NCBI GenBank assembly: GCA_965649765.1
Contig: OZ287750.1
Span: 43,896,001-43,960,000 of the forward strand
Source: Bispira polyomma
Lineage: Eukaryota
DNA: 64,000 nucleotides
Direction: 5' to 3'
A program made the translations under genes and the position numbers. A model generated the notes under the pieces. The model was given only the letters and a program-made list of their open reading frames with translations. It searched no databases and was not told the origin of the DNA. This document shows, piece by piece, positions 28,101 through 40,064 of this stretch; the stretch's first letter is position 1; every line of letters starts with the position of its first letter.

Positions 28101-31100
28101 ATAAAATACCAATTATTGTATAATGAACATTTTTCTGTTGAGGAAAGTTATAAATAGATAAGGTGAACAATATTTGAAGCTGTAATTTTTCTCAGGCTTT
28201 TTCTCCACAGATAATTTTCAAGGTAGAGAATGTATAAAATAAGACTTTTTCCTTTATATTTTTTTCGCCTCTAAAGATAAAAAATAGCATACTTAACCTC
28301 CAGGTTATCACATGTTAAGTTTTTCCAGATTTTGAGAATTTAGATAGAGTTTTATACTATAAAGGCAGAGTGTTGAGGTCTTTAACTAGATATATGGCTT
28401 ACATTTTTACCCTAGCCTTGCCAAAGTCTCAAATTCTGTAATTATGTTTTTTTTTCAAAAATATTTTTATGCAATACTTTTGTTCGAAAAAAATGTATTT
28501 TTCGATAGCCCATTAATAATAATTATCAGTTGCATATTTGGTATGAATATAATCATATTCAAACGGCAACAACTAACATTTGAATATTAATCTTACATTG
28601 TATATTTGTTTATGGTAATATTGTGGTAAATTACATTAATGATATATGTAACAAAACAATTTATTTGCATAATTTATTTGTATATATTAAAGATGTATGA
28701 ATGAAAAAAAAAAATAAACAAATTGAAATCAGTTGCTATGATATACAACTATGGAATATAACTCCTTAAAATGTTTAAATGACTAAATTCTGTGACTTGA
28801 ATTTACGGATTCAAGAAATATGTGGCACATAAAATGTAGGTGTTTTTGTTCAGTAAAATTCAGTAAAAATACATATGACTACTAATGTGTATATATGTAT
28901 ATCTATAATCAGTTTAATTATAAGTAGTAAATTTATATATATCTCAATTCTGTCATTTGTTTTTGCTGCTATGGGATTGGTTTCTATGAACTATTTCTTT
29001 GTTACTAAAAGGTATTGTAAAACCGACCATTTTATGTAATGATAGTGTTATTGATGTAAAGCTTTTGTATTTCAAATGCAAATATCTAGGCTGGTGTGAA
29101 GTTAAGGTATCACTTCAGTGTTAGGGAAGAGATAAGGAACTCTTAAAAGTTTGCTCATTCTATAATAGTTTGTCTATATCTTCCATCATTTTATTTTAAA
29201 AAACAACCCTAATAACAACACAACAGACCACGTGGAACTCAAACCAGATGTCCTATTTCCCATTGTCCCAATTGTCCTCTCTGTTACCTCATTAACTAAA
29301 GAATACTTCCCTCATGTGCACACATAATTAAAACCTACTTCTGTTATTGGAGAGTCTTGGTCAGATCTTTCATACCTCTACTACACACACACACTTACTT
29401 GTCAATGCCCTAGTTCTTGAATGCCCCCCTAATTAACCCAAACCTACACGCTGTCCCCCCGGATATTTAATGATAAATGACCCTCCCCTCCTCTTCAATA
29501 ACACCCTTCTTCTATCCCCTTTCATCCATTCATTTACAAAAATTATCTCATCCTTTCCCGAGTAGAGTAAAAAAAAAAAAACTGATGAGTCCTATCGACT
29601 GGACCACAACAACCAATGTGGCATAATGTGCAGGAAATCAAGTAAACTAGGGTAATTACTAAAACTTTACTGGGGGATAAGTGAACAACAAAGAGAGAGA
29701 GGCCCCAGTTACAAAGTCTAGAAGAAAGCCACTTCTGTGGGCCACCCCCTTTAATGAATGTAGGTACCAGACAGGACCCTCTGATAGCCAATAAGTGCCT
29801 GTTCAATAGACACTTACAGGCATTCACCACCATTGATCTCACATTTTTACTACAGGGGACCTGCTGCAACTGGAGGGCAGTTCTTGCTGACTGTTGAGGA
29901 ATAATGGGGGATACTAAAACTCAAATTCACTAAAATTCAGATTTTAAAAATATTTCCCGGGATATTATTTACACAAAAAAACTTTGCCTGCCACCATTGC
30001 TACCATCATGAACAAATATATATCACTATATATTGACACATTATGTGCAAATATTAACACAAACCTTAACAAATATGACTTTAAGTGACTTCTCCAGGCC
30101 AATCAGTTTGTGTTCTGGTTTGATTCTCGTTGCAGAGAGGGTTTAAGTAGTGCTGTCTCTGCTCCCCTCTTTATACATTCTCAGAGATCTTGTAGATGGG
30201 TTGTAGGGCTAGAAAATGACTTAACTGGGACAAGCCGTTTGCTTAATCCACAAAGACACTGGGAGTTTTTTTGTGTGCTGTAGGCTGACACTTCAGGGTG
30301 GGTTAAGTGATGTTAGAATAATTGCTACTTTCCTCTGTAGTTGCAAATTGACTAAAGTTCTAGAATATTTTTACCTCATTTCTGGCCTTTTGTCTTGCAG
30401 TAGTGGGATTTTTTTAATTTAAGTGACAGAGAATTGTATGCAGATGATATAGCAAAGGGTTGCCATAAAGTTGCCATCAAACTTTTTCACTTTTTTCATT
30501 TTTGTTTTTAATTTTACAAATGCTGTAGGCAATTTATTATAATTTATTATTTAATCTTTGGATTTTGTTATTAAATCTTACAAAGAGCACACTGTTAGTT
30601 TACAGCACATGCAATGTTTCTTATTATATACACAGGATATATCTCTTCTTGTTCCTACTTACCCTTAGTTTTGTATAGTGTCCACCATAGTTTCTGCTGC
30701 ACTTTTGCACACATCACCAAAGTCTAACACATTAGTTACCATCATCTGGCCATTTTTATAGTTATTAGTCATCGTTCACACGTTATAATGAATAGATGGT
30801 AAATAGGTGAAGTATAGGTACACATGTGGATTTAGACACCTGGATAGATGTCTATCTCTTGATCTAAATCACTCGAGAACCATCAAATGAACCTTGGTAG
30901 TTACAATTTAAATGTAGTTGGACCTGCAGCACCTTAAACAGCTTAGGCCATATCACGATGGCCAGATTTAATGGTCAAAGAAAGCAGTGCTAAAGCCACT
31001 GTAAACCACCGACGTATGACAAGTACCAGACAAACTTTCCACATGGAGAAACAAACAGGATTTGAACTCATGGTGGTAAAAAGCCAGTGATTGTGAAACT

Positions 31101-34100
31101 AACATTTCGAACTACTGTAGCTGTCCAGTGAGGAATTTACAAATTTGGGTTTCTGTGTAGTTGTGGTTGTTATGTATCAACAAACCTGCCAATTTTATTA
31201 TGGCTTAAGTTGTTGAAGTGACAAAAAATTACTGAATATATTCAATACATTAAACAAAAACACAAACAAAGGGCAAGTTTCATACATTTGGTAAAGTCTA
31301 TCAAAAGTCTACACATTTTTGCAATATATACCATCAAGTACAACTTATCTCTGAGAATACAAGAAGGCCAACACTTATATTTACAACAAAATCCCCTAAA
31401 CCTAATAGCGAGCTTTATTACCTCTAAAAAGGTTTGTATTGAACCGATTTACATGAGATTTGGTGGAGGTATGGGCCATGGGTGAAGACAGAACCTATAC
31501 CATTGTGCTACTTTATGAGGTCACAGGATCATATATTTTGGTGGATATATGTGCTCGATTGAGTAGCCTTCTTGTTTTTAAACTATAAAACCAATAAAAA
31601 TCACATGGACAGCTGCAAAAAGGCGATAAAATCCATCCACAAAATTAGAACTACCCAAACCATCACACCCTTCTCCCATCCTGGAGAAAAAAACCCTCCC
31701 ACTTGATTAGATTTGAGGCTCATTCTCAGGGAGGATTTGTTCACAGCTCTACCATGTAATGTTTTGATAGATGATCCATGCTCAGATGATCCTGTGGTCT
31801 CTATGGGAATAAGCAGCCCATCCTCACACCCCCACCTCTCCACTGATGGGAGTAGAGGCCAGAGAGAGAGAGATATATAGAACCTAAATGTGAAATAACT
31901 ACCAGCCAACCAGAGCTGTGAATTAGTCAGATGGTAATGGGGCTTGGTAGTAACAAGTGAGGATAAATGCTCAAAAGCCATGATAATGTTAGTAAAAGTG
32001 ATGGTTGCTAAAGATATGAAACATTCATCTAAATATGTTAGATGCAATTAATAACATAATAATAACCGATTTGCTATACAAAAAATGTACTCAGTAAAGT
32101 ATAGACCTCCACCAAGACGACACAGTGCCCAAAACTGAAAACATCCGTTTTGTCTACCAAGCTTCATATAAATCGGTTACATAGGCTTTATGTAATACTG
32201 ATGACTAACAAGACAAGCAGATTAAACGACGTAAGCAACAACATGATCTTCTTAACAAAGGTTATAGTTTATTTAACTCGTTGCTATGCTAAGTTAAATA
32301 CTTTCAAATTATATATCTGTTCAACCACATTCTATCTCACTATAATAAGCATCATATCTAAAATCTTCTTTAGTAAGCGTTTTGTAAATCACTTTTGATA
32401 TATTAGCTTTTACTGTTAGCTTTATTTGCAACATCTTTTGCAACCTAGAAGCCTAGTGTTTACTTGCACACTAGAATGTAATAGAATCTATAATGAAAAA
32501 TGAGAAGAAGACAAATGGTAAAAGCACTTTGAGAAGAGGGAGGAGTTTTTGATGGGTGTGTGTATGTGTGGGGGGAGGGGGTGGAGGGGTGAGGGGGTAG
32601 TTGCAAATGTTGGCACCTTTCGATTTTTCACCAATACTTGTAATTACTTAATTCTACCCGTCGAGTTTCGCCTCAAACTACCCTTCTTCACAGAAAGAGT
32701 CACTTTATGGATATTACCAATGTACTGTTTAGTCATCAGTCTCAAGACCAACAAACATTGGGGTGGGGGCTGTTTGTAGAGCATAAAAAAGACAAATCAA
32801 TTGCAACTTACTGCAGCAGTAGTTGTAACTCTCACAAACCTATACTTAAGATTTTACAGGAGCCTGTAGCTTAATATGACATATGCAATTAATGAACATG
32901 TGATTAATTAATGGAATGGAATTAACGTTAACTCAAAATATAACTTTGTAAAATTTTAACAAATCTTGAAGCAATTTTATAGTATAAGCAATCTCCAACA
33001 CCAATACTTTTGGGAGGATATAAATTGCGCTTATTCTTCTGTGATTAGTTCTGGAAAGGAAGATAAATGTTTAAAACTGTATCATTCTTTAAAACTGGTG
33101 ATTGCAAAACTACCCATGCTGCTATAACTGAGAGCTCAATATAAGTATAGATTAGCTTCTGTATAAAATATGTAACAAGAATCATATACCACACGCCAAA
33201 ATGGTTTAGAAAAGACCAAAAGCCATAGTGAACCAGATTCTGGCAACTCCTCGGGTTTTAATTATTTAAATTACCAAATGCAGCAGACCTTGATTTCTAG
33301 ACGGCTTCAACGTACTTACGTCTACCAAAGCAATTAGCTGTAAGAGAATTGTATTTATTGTATTTTTATTACTACATTTCAATAATAGGACTGAGGTAGC
33401 TGGAGGCTTGTTACACGGGGGAAATAAGATCTACTCAACATTAAATATTCATAGCTCCCTCTGGCGAGAGGTTTTCACATCAGGGGCTTTGGCAGGCATT
33501 TGGTTCAGGCTGGTTGCAAAGCCCATTACAATTCTGTGTATGTATCATAAAACTCTGATACTGATAATACGTCTGTAGATGTATTTGGGTTTCATATCTC
33601 AGTGATGTATTGTAGAAAGAAAGTAGGAGAAAATGTATTTTATTTGTTTGTGATTAACGGATTAGAGTTTCTGGGGGAATAAACGGACAAGCGTTAATAT
33701 AGAAATGGTCCAATACATCGGAAAGCCCTTTTATTAATCATCAAATAAGGTACAAACTTAAGGAATTCATTTCTATGATAATATTTAGGTGTCACACTAT
33801 TATCAATATACAAATAATTGTTTCTAGTTTCGAGGTTATTTTCCAAGTCCCACCATTCTAGCAACCTTTGTTCTACCAGAAAAAGAATACCTACAACTTC
33901 CATCCTTTCTGGATTTTAATTTGCTAAAGCTCATAGCAAACTGATGCCTTTTGGGGTTTGTAATATCTATTTTCCTAGTTTGGAGAATGTTACTGGTGCT
34001 GCTTATTGGTGCTGGTTGGCTGTACTACAGAAAAGGTAAATTAGCACTTTAAGTTCCAAAAATACAATGACCTACTTACTGAGTATAAAATACACTAAAA

Positions 34101-36947
34101 AAGATCATATTTAGGCCTTTTAAGTTTATGTCGTGCATGACTTACAAATTAAGGCACTTCAACTACAATACAAAACTGCTGTGCTACATTTGGACAACAT
34201 TAGGACTAAGGTACTTTTGGTAATCTATATTGTCAACAATTTGTGTGACCATTACTGTGCCTATGAAAGCTGTCTTAACCAGGACATTGGTAAATACCTT
34301 TTGTTTGCTAATAAGTTGGCAATAATAGCCCTTTTAGGTCTGATAAAAAAATCACTTATTAGAATCGAGGATTTTATAAAAGTCTATCTTACACCAGGTA
34401 TGAAGTTGTATGTCTTAAAAAAGATGTTTACATTAGTTGCCCGAAATTGATAATGTCAATATATAACCATATTTGTTTAGCTTATAAAACAATGGTATAC
34501 CCCATGTAGGAAGTTTGTTGCAAAATAAGGGTAACCTGTTTCAATAAAGTTAATATTTACCAAACGCAAACTAAGCTAAAAAAAAGTCTATTGAACTCTC
34601 CAAATAGATTTCTTTGTTACCCCTATTTGTAACACATGTCTTTTCCCTGTAGTAGTCCTATTTTTTGTCTGTAAATGCCAATATTCTCAGCTGGGTGCAA
34701 TGAAATGACCCCTAACTCTAATCTCGCCGTCAGTATGATTAATGGGGGATTGTAAGAACGATGATCTCCATAAAACACGCCTGTATTAACTGGCAGATGA
34801 TGAGGGAGGGTCTATCTAAGAATGGACACTTCCCTAAACCTAGGAGTTCTGCAATTATTTTTAAAGGAAGCTGGTCTAAACTAGTGAATTACAATATCTA
34901 TTATTACATTGTGTAATAAACACCTCTCTAAATCTAAGAGCTCTGCATTGACTTTTTATTTAAAGGAAGATGATCTAAATTAGTGATGTTACTACATTAC
35001 AATATCTACTATTAGGTACATTGTGTAATAAACAACTGTTTCATTTCTACAATTACTTTAGGGGAAGCTGGTGTTACTAGTAACATTACTGGATTACAGT
35101 ATGTTTTATTAGATACATTGTGTAATAAACACCTGTTTTATTTCTACAATTACTTTTAGGGGAAGCTGGTGTTAACAGTAACGTTCTAGTTTACAGTATG
35201 TTTTATTAGATACATTGTGTAATAAACACCTGTTTTATTTCTACAATTACTTTTAGGGGAAGCTGGTGTTACTAGTAACGTTCTAGTTTACAGTATGTTT
35301 CATTAGATATCTTGTGTAATAAACATCTGTTTTATTTCTACAATTACATTTAGGGCAAGTTGGTGTTACTCGTAACGTTACTAGTTTACAGTATCTTTTA
35401 TCAGATACATTGTGTAATTAACTTCTCTCTAATAGGAGTTCACAATGTTGGTCATAATTTTGGTCATAATGTTGGTCGACACATATTTTAATGTCTAAAA
35501 CGTAATTTCTTAAAAATAAAATATAGTATTCTGTACTTTAATTCATAGACCTAAAGTAGCATGTGCTTTCAATATTTATTTCCGTCTGTAAGTTCGTTAA
35601 AAATGCAATGGACAATATTATGACTCGGCCAACATTGCGACCGCCCATGTAGTAGGGTAAATAGACAGCCCTCTAACCCTGTCAATTATATGTGGGTGCT
35701 GTATTTACTTTTAAGAAATTTAAATCTTAACATATTTGGGCTTTATGTTACATTATGCCTTTATGGTCATGTTGTGATGGTTAGATTTATTGGTGTACAA
35801 ATAACCAGGCAAAGTTTCCCACATGAATGAAATAGGGGGCGGGGGATCCAATTGTCGCCAGAGATGAGAGACTATAGTTATATTAAAGCACATCCTTAAA
35901 ACCACCAAGCCAACACAACCCCTTTACTATTACAAGAGTTTGGTGTTACTAATAATGTTACTACATAAAGTAATGTTAATAAGGATTTCCAACACACCCG
36001 GCAAGTCAATAACAGGCATATTCTAAAGCACAACATCATTGACAGTATGGCAAAAATGGTTCGTACTACAACATAACGTTAATTGTCATGATGTGTTCAC
36101 ATCTTGTCTAAGGGTGCTATCTTCTAGTAGCCATTATGGTATTATTCGGCGTGGAACCGGGGACCTTCTTATCACCAGTCTATCTCCTTAACCACATAAA
36201 CATACAGTATCTATAAAGTATTATGTGATGGATTAAACAAACCTGCACATCAAGTCAAAATTACAACAGCTAAAACAGTTAGATCAGGCAATATGGCAAA
36301 GTGGGAAACAAACTCGCTTTGGAACACAAAAGACCAGGGTTCTGTCCTAGGTAGGGAAGATAGATTATAGCTTGGATGACTACTTTAAGCAGCAGTCCTC
36401 TGTTTTTTGATTCTATCCCCTGAGGCAGACCCAAAGATCACCGGGGACTTTAGCTAGAAGTTATTATATGGGGTGGATACATGTAAACTCTTCACTGGGT
36501 GGAAACTACCACTTGGGATGCTTATAAAAATTGTTAAATCTAAAGTTTCAATGTGACAAAGCCTTATTGAAAATAGCAAAATATTTGACAGTGAGAAACC
36601 AATATCTGATTAGTATTAGTCTCTTTATGAAAGAAAAACTCTTTATCTTGAAAAAGAATGGACATTTTGAAGAAACCGTAATATATTTTGAGCTGTAAAG
36701 TTACATCATCAATAAAATAGTCTTGCTTGTACCTATTAGGCTTGTTTATGGTCTACTATTACATAACACAAAAGTAAGGAGATATTCAGTGTTTATAAAT
36801 TATTAGTGTTAATAGATGCATTCTTGTGTACTCACCCGAGTGTAATGCAGTAGTCCATCCTGAAGCTACCACAGTCAGAAATATTAGACCACAGTACAGC
36901 CAATGCAGGGCAGTGGTATAAAATAAAGCTTCCATTTTCTCTCCCAT
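12515..36947 (-). CDS. Type I membrane protein: signal peptide, SUEL/Gal_lectin, CUB-like, sushi-like, TM, cytoplasmic tail (7 exons, 602 aa)
   Basis: Exons 36947-36836, 18085-17798, 17128-16664, 16173-16003, 14254-14231, 13911-13824, 13175-12515. All introns are GT-AG with compatible phases (1,1,1,1,1,2); total 1809 nt, open frame. Exon 1 linkage across 18.7 kb is the least certain part. Confidence 0.85.
13824..13911 (-). CDS. Receptor exon 6: transmembrane helix
   Basis: GLLVVISLGVAIGVAIGVLMLLIVLAYLR, flanked by TTGTAG and GTAGGT. Confidence 0.88.
14231..14254 (-). CDS. Receptor exon 5: 24-nt micro-exon (DDTHVNDW)
   Basis: Strong acceptor TCTTTTTCATTTGCAG, donor GTATGA, symmetric phase 1-1, open frame. 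Confidence 0.65.
14700..16040. repeat. 52-bp minisatellite derived from the exon 4/intron 4 junction
   Basis: Unit ACTTAAGTACCTACCTGCCACCACAGTACCAGCAGTAGTTCAGTTATTGAGT. Homogeneous over about 15570-16002, higher-order repeats over about 15030-15540, degenerate to about 14700. Confidence 0.95.
16003..16173 (-). CDS. Receptor exon 4: sushi/CCP-like 4-Cys domain
   Basis: ALGCAPIEAPPNAVVQMKGNIAVVECNNTLASWHLTCSGSQWVGSYSNCTTAGIVVA; C..C..C-xxxx-W..C pattern; CCTACAG acceptor and GTAGGT donor. Confidence 0.85.
16664..17128 (-). CDS. Receptor exon 3: CUB-like domain
   Basis: SSGQLAS...CPIRIKVPPYQRINVTLIDF...C...LC...VFLSQGNIIDV...FMVVY follows the CUB strand pattern. Confidence 0.85.
17798..18085 (-). 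CDS. Receptor exon 2: SUEL-type (galactose/rhamnose-binding lectin fold) domain
   Basis: SUEL Cys spacing with ANYG, CSGRRSC and YLEITYGC. Confidence 0.9.
18431..18683 (-). mobile_element. SINE family A, copy 3
   Basis: Reverse complement of family A; 15-bp TSD CCAAGCTA(G/C)CAATGA at 18416-18430 and 18684-18698. Confidence 0.92.
26180..26420 (+). mobile_element. Old tRNA-derived SINE, Deu/Nin-like family
   Basis: B box GGGTTCAATCCC followed by GGATGACTACTTAAAAATGGCGGTCCTCTGTC. Relatives at about 6980-7150 (-), 22570-22810, 36295-36460, 48480-48600 (-) and 50390-50505. Domain name is from recalled resemblance only. Confidence 0.5.
26955..27470. repeat. Fragment of a non-autonomous element with internal CTGGGCATA/GGCATAAAC repeats
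   Basis: Dispersed short direct repeats; a related reverse-strand piece lies at about 6400-6480. Confidence 0.4.
34845..35420. repeat. 97-bp minisatellite, about 4 good plus 1-2 degenerate units
   Basis: GATACATTGTGTAATAAACA-like anchor recurs at 35015, 35112, 35209, 35306 and 35404. Confidence 0.92.
36836..36947 (-). CDS. Receptor exon 1: signal-peptide-like leader
   Basis: MGEKMEALFYTTALHWLYCGLIFLTVVASGWTTALHS; consensus donor G|GTGAGT in phase 1, matching exon 2. Alternative ATG at 36935. Confidence 0.7.
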
Positions 36948-38296
36948 TACAGTAGCCAACTGTAGTCTTCTGATACTTTTACAGGCAGTTTTATCTGGGA
37001 ACTGGTGAAATAATAGTGCATAAAGTTTCTCCACAATCTCTTTAAATAATCTAAAATTTATAATCTGTTTAAGTAGTGAAAATGAAATTTCAGTATCTGT
37101 ATGTTTGACACACTCACAAATTGGTAAATTATATGATACTATCCACCTTTGCTATAACAAATACTTGTTCTGTCCTATTGCTGAAATACATGGTATACCA
37201 AACAAATATTTAACGGAGTCGAATATTTAAACCCTTTCAAACACACTATTTGCTTGGAAAAGGTCAAAATCAGTTTTCTATTCAATGCTATTTTGTGATC
37301 CTATGAGACCGGTAAACATCTATTCAATGTATGATAACCTAAATTATAGCCAACCATTGTCCAGTTGTGTAATATCTCAATATTTGTATCTTAGATCTGA
37401 TCCTGACTGTCTAGTAAAACAACCATTCAGTCAATCCACAAGTTGTAAATATCCTTTAAATATTATGACACACAATACTAAGTTTGACATGTCCACGTCA
37501 AATGCCACATACTTTTTTATACCCCCAAACACTTTTACAGTACAATAGAAGCTTTGAAATCCATTTTTTGGGGTCTAAAATAAAAGCACCCACTGCCACA
37601 CTAAATCTAATCAAAAACTAATTTGTCCACATTCTCCAAGACAAAGTTGAATAGATATAAAGTGCCACAAAAAGAACATCCCTTGTTCTAAAACAGATAT
37701 CATCTAAATCCACTTCCTCAAACTTTTACTACTTATTAGAAATGACTAAACACTAAGGCAAAACAATGTATTTGTATAACAATCTATTGTTATGCTATTT
37801 CTCCCCCCCCTCCCCCCACTAAACCCTCCTCCTCATCTCTGACTAAATAATCCTTGTCCTCTAAAAATACAAAAAGTGCCATTTTCCCTCCTGCCGCCAG
37901 TGGAGGATAAAAAACACATTATAAGAGAATATGAATTACAGCACCATGTACTCTCCTTGTGAGTGGCAAAAAATGGTGAGCACACCAATTTATTTCCACA
38001 GACAGTTGTTTTGATTTACACAAACCCTCTCCGTGCAATTTCGCCTGAAGATTTACAGAATTGACCGGCCCATTTATCTTGATCGTTTTCAGTGTTATTA
38101 TTTCCATCCATCTATGTGTGGGTCTGTGTGTGTGTGTGTGTGTCCCAATCTAAAATCTCTAAGCTTTAGATAGTACCCTTCACCCCCCAAAAAAGTGTCC
38201 ATATACCTTCCGGTAGACAAGCAGGAACGTGAACTAGACAACCTTCTCCCCCTTCAAGGACACCCGAGGGTAATGCATTAAGAGGGTAAAGTTTTT

Positions 38297-40064
38297 GCCG
38301 GTGTAACGCCATAAAATCACCCCCTGCCATATTTTTAATCCCCTCTTTGATCTTTTGAGGGGGTGAGTATTTGGTAAACAAATTTTGCACCCCCCAACAA
38401 TAGGAGGATTAAAGGGGGAAAAATATGGCAGCCAACTTGCCAAATACTGACCCCCCTGACAGAAACTGACCCCCTTGAGTGATTTTTATCAAGATTAATC
38501 CAGTTACACCGATTACCACTGACTTGCTCTTGCATTCAATTACAATCAGGGTGATAATTAATTATGTGCATTTACTGACAGGTTATGTGGGGAGATTGTC
38601 ATTGGTATTTTGGGGATTTATAGGCATTAGAAATAGATAAAAAAAATACTGATTAATTGATGATATGGCATGGGATGACTTGGATAAGGCTGATAACTTA
38701 GGAGGTGTGGCTAGTATAAGAGGCAGCCTTTTTAGAATTATTGCATAAACCACTCAGAAAGTAATACCTAAATTAAAAAAACACTTCATACAACTCTTTC
38801 ATTAACTAACACCACATGAAATATAGTGAACTTAACTTTTAAAGTACCTCTTTAAGTACACTTAAGATTGTCCAGTTTTCAAGAGAAGCCTAATCTTTCT
38901 AATCAAAAGTAAGAAGCTACTATCAAGATCATTTGAAAGGGTATTTCTTGAAGTTACCATAAAACATTGTTTACCACACTATGAGAAATCACATTTAATG
39001 AGGTAATCAACTGTATTATATGAAGCCACTTGCAATCAAGTAATCAAGGTACTGATGACTTTCACTATGAGAAGCCACACTCAGTTAAAGTGATCAAGGT
39101 AGTTTGGTGGTTGTATATACCACAATGAGAAGCCTCATTCAATCATCTAGTAATCCAGTTAAAAACAAACAATCAAGTAATCAAGGTGCTGATGATTTTT
39201 ACTATGAGAAGCCACATCCAATCATCTAGTAATCCAGTTAATCAAACAATCAAGAAATCAGGGTACTGATGACTTTCACTATGACAAGCCACATCCAATC
39301 ATTTAGTAATCCAGTTAATCAAACAATCAAGTAATCATGGTACCAATGAGTTTCAGTATGAGAAGCCACATTCAAGTTTTAAGTGATCAATTCAGCTTTG
39401 TGGTGTATACCACAATGAGAATCCAATTATGTAGTAACCTAGTTAACTTCTAAGATTTACATGTACAGATATACAAAGTTTCACATGTTTTCTTTAATGT
39501 AACACTCAGCCTTAAGACTTATATGTCAGTTCAAATAATTTAAATATTCCAATTCAAAGTGTGCAAAAAATAGGTGTAAAAAATTACTAATTTGCAGAAG
39601 TGGTAAAATTCACAATTTATATCTATATATTTAATTCTTTTAAAATTTGGATTTCCCATGTAAATATATACCGGTTATTGGTAATGTTAATTTAGATTTG
39701 TGTGTACAGAAATGGGAAAGATAAAAATCTTTTTTAAAAAAGTTTTTTATAGTTTGATGAAAGTAGTGCTTTTTATTAATGCTTTAACCAAACTCATTAC
39801 ATTACAATAACTCTCAAACCTGTTAAAAAATTATAATAATAGGGTCACTACCTAGATGAATTTGCCATCATATATAAATGAAAACCCATATACCACAGTG
39901 TTACCTGCTATTGATCTTAAATAGCTACATATATAATGTCCATATAGCCATTATGATTTGGGGAGTAAAAATTTGGCAAGGGGGGTGAAAATATGGCACC
40001 CCCCTTGCCAAATCCACACCCCCCAAGAAAAAAAAGGGGAGTAAAAATCTGGTGCTACACCGGC
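38297..40064. mobile_element. Putative non-autonomous DNA transposon (about 1.77 kb)
   Basis: TIR GCCGGTGTAACGCCA versus TGGTGCTACACCGGC (13/15), with subterminal CCAnATTTTTAnTCCCC-type repeats at both ends. Confidence 0.6.
38975..39450. repeat. Degenerate 77-79-bp tandem repeat
   Basis: GAGAAGCC-like anchor at 39127, 39206, 39283 and 39360, with shared AATCATCTAGTAATCCAGTTAA. Confidence 0.85.
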
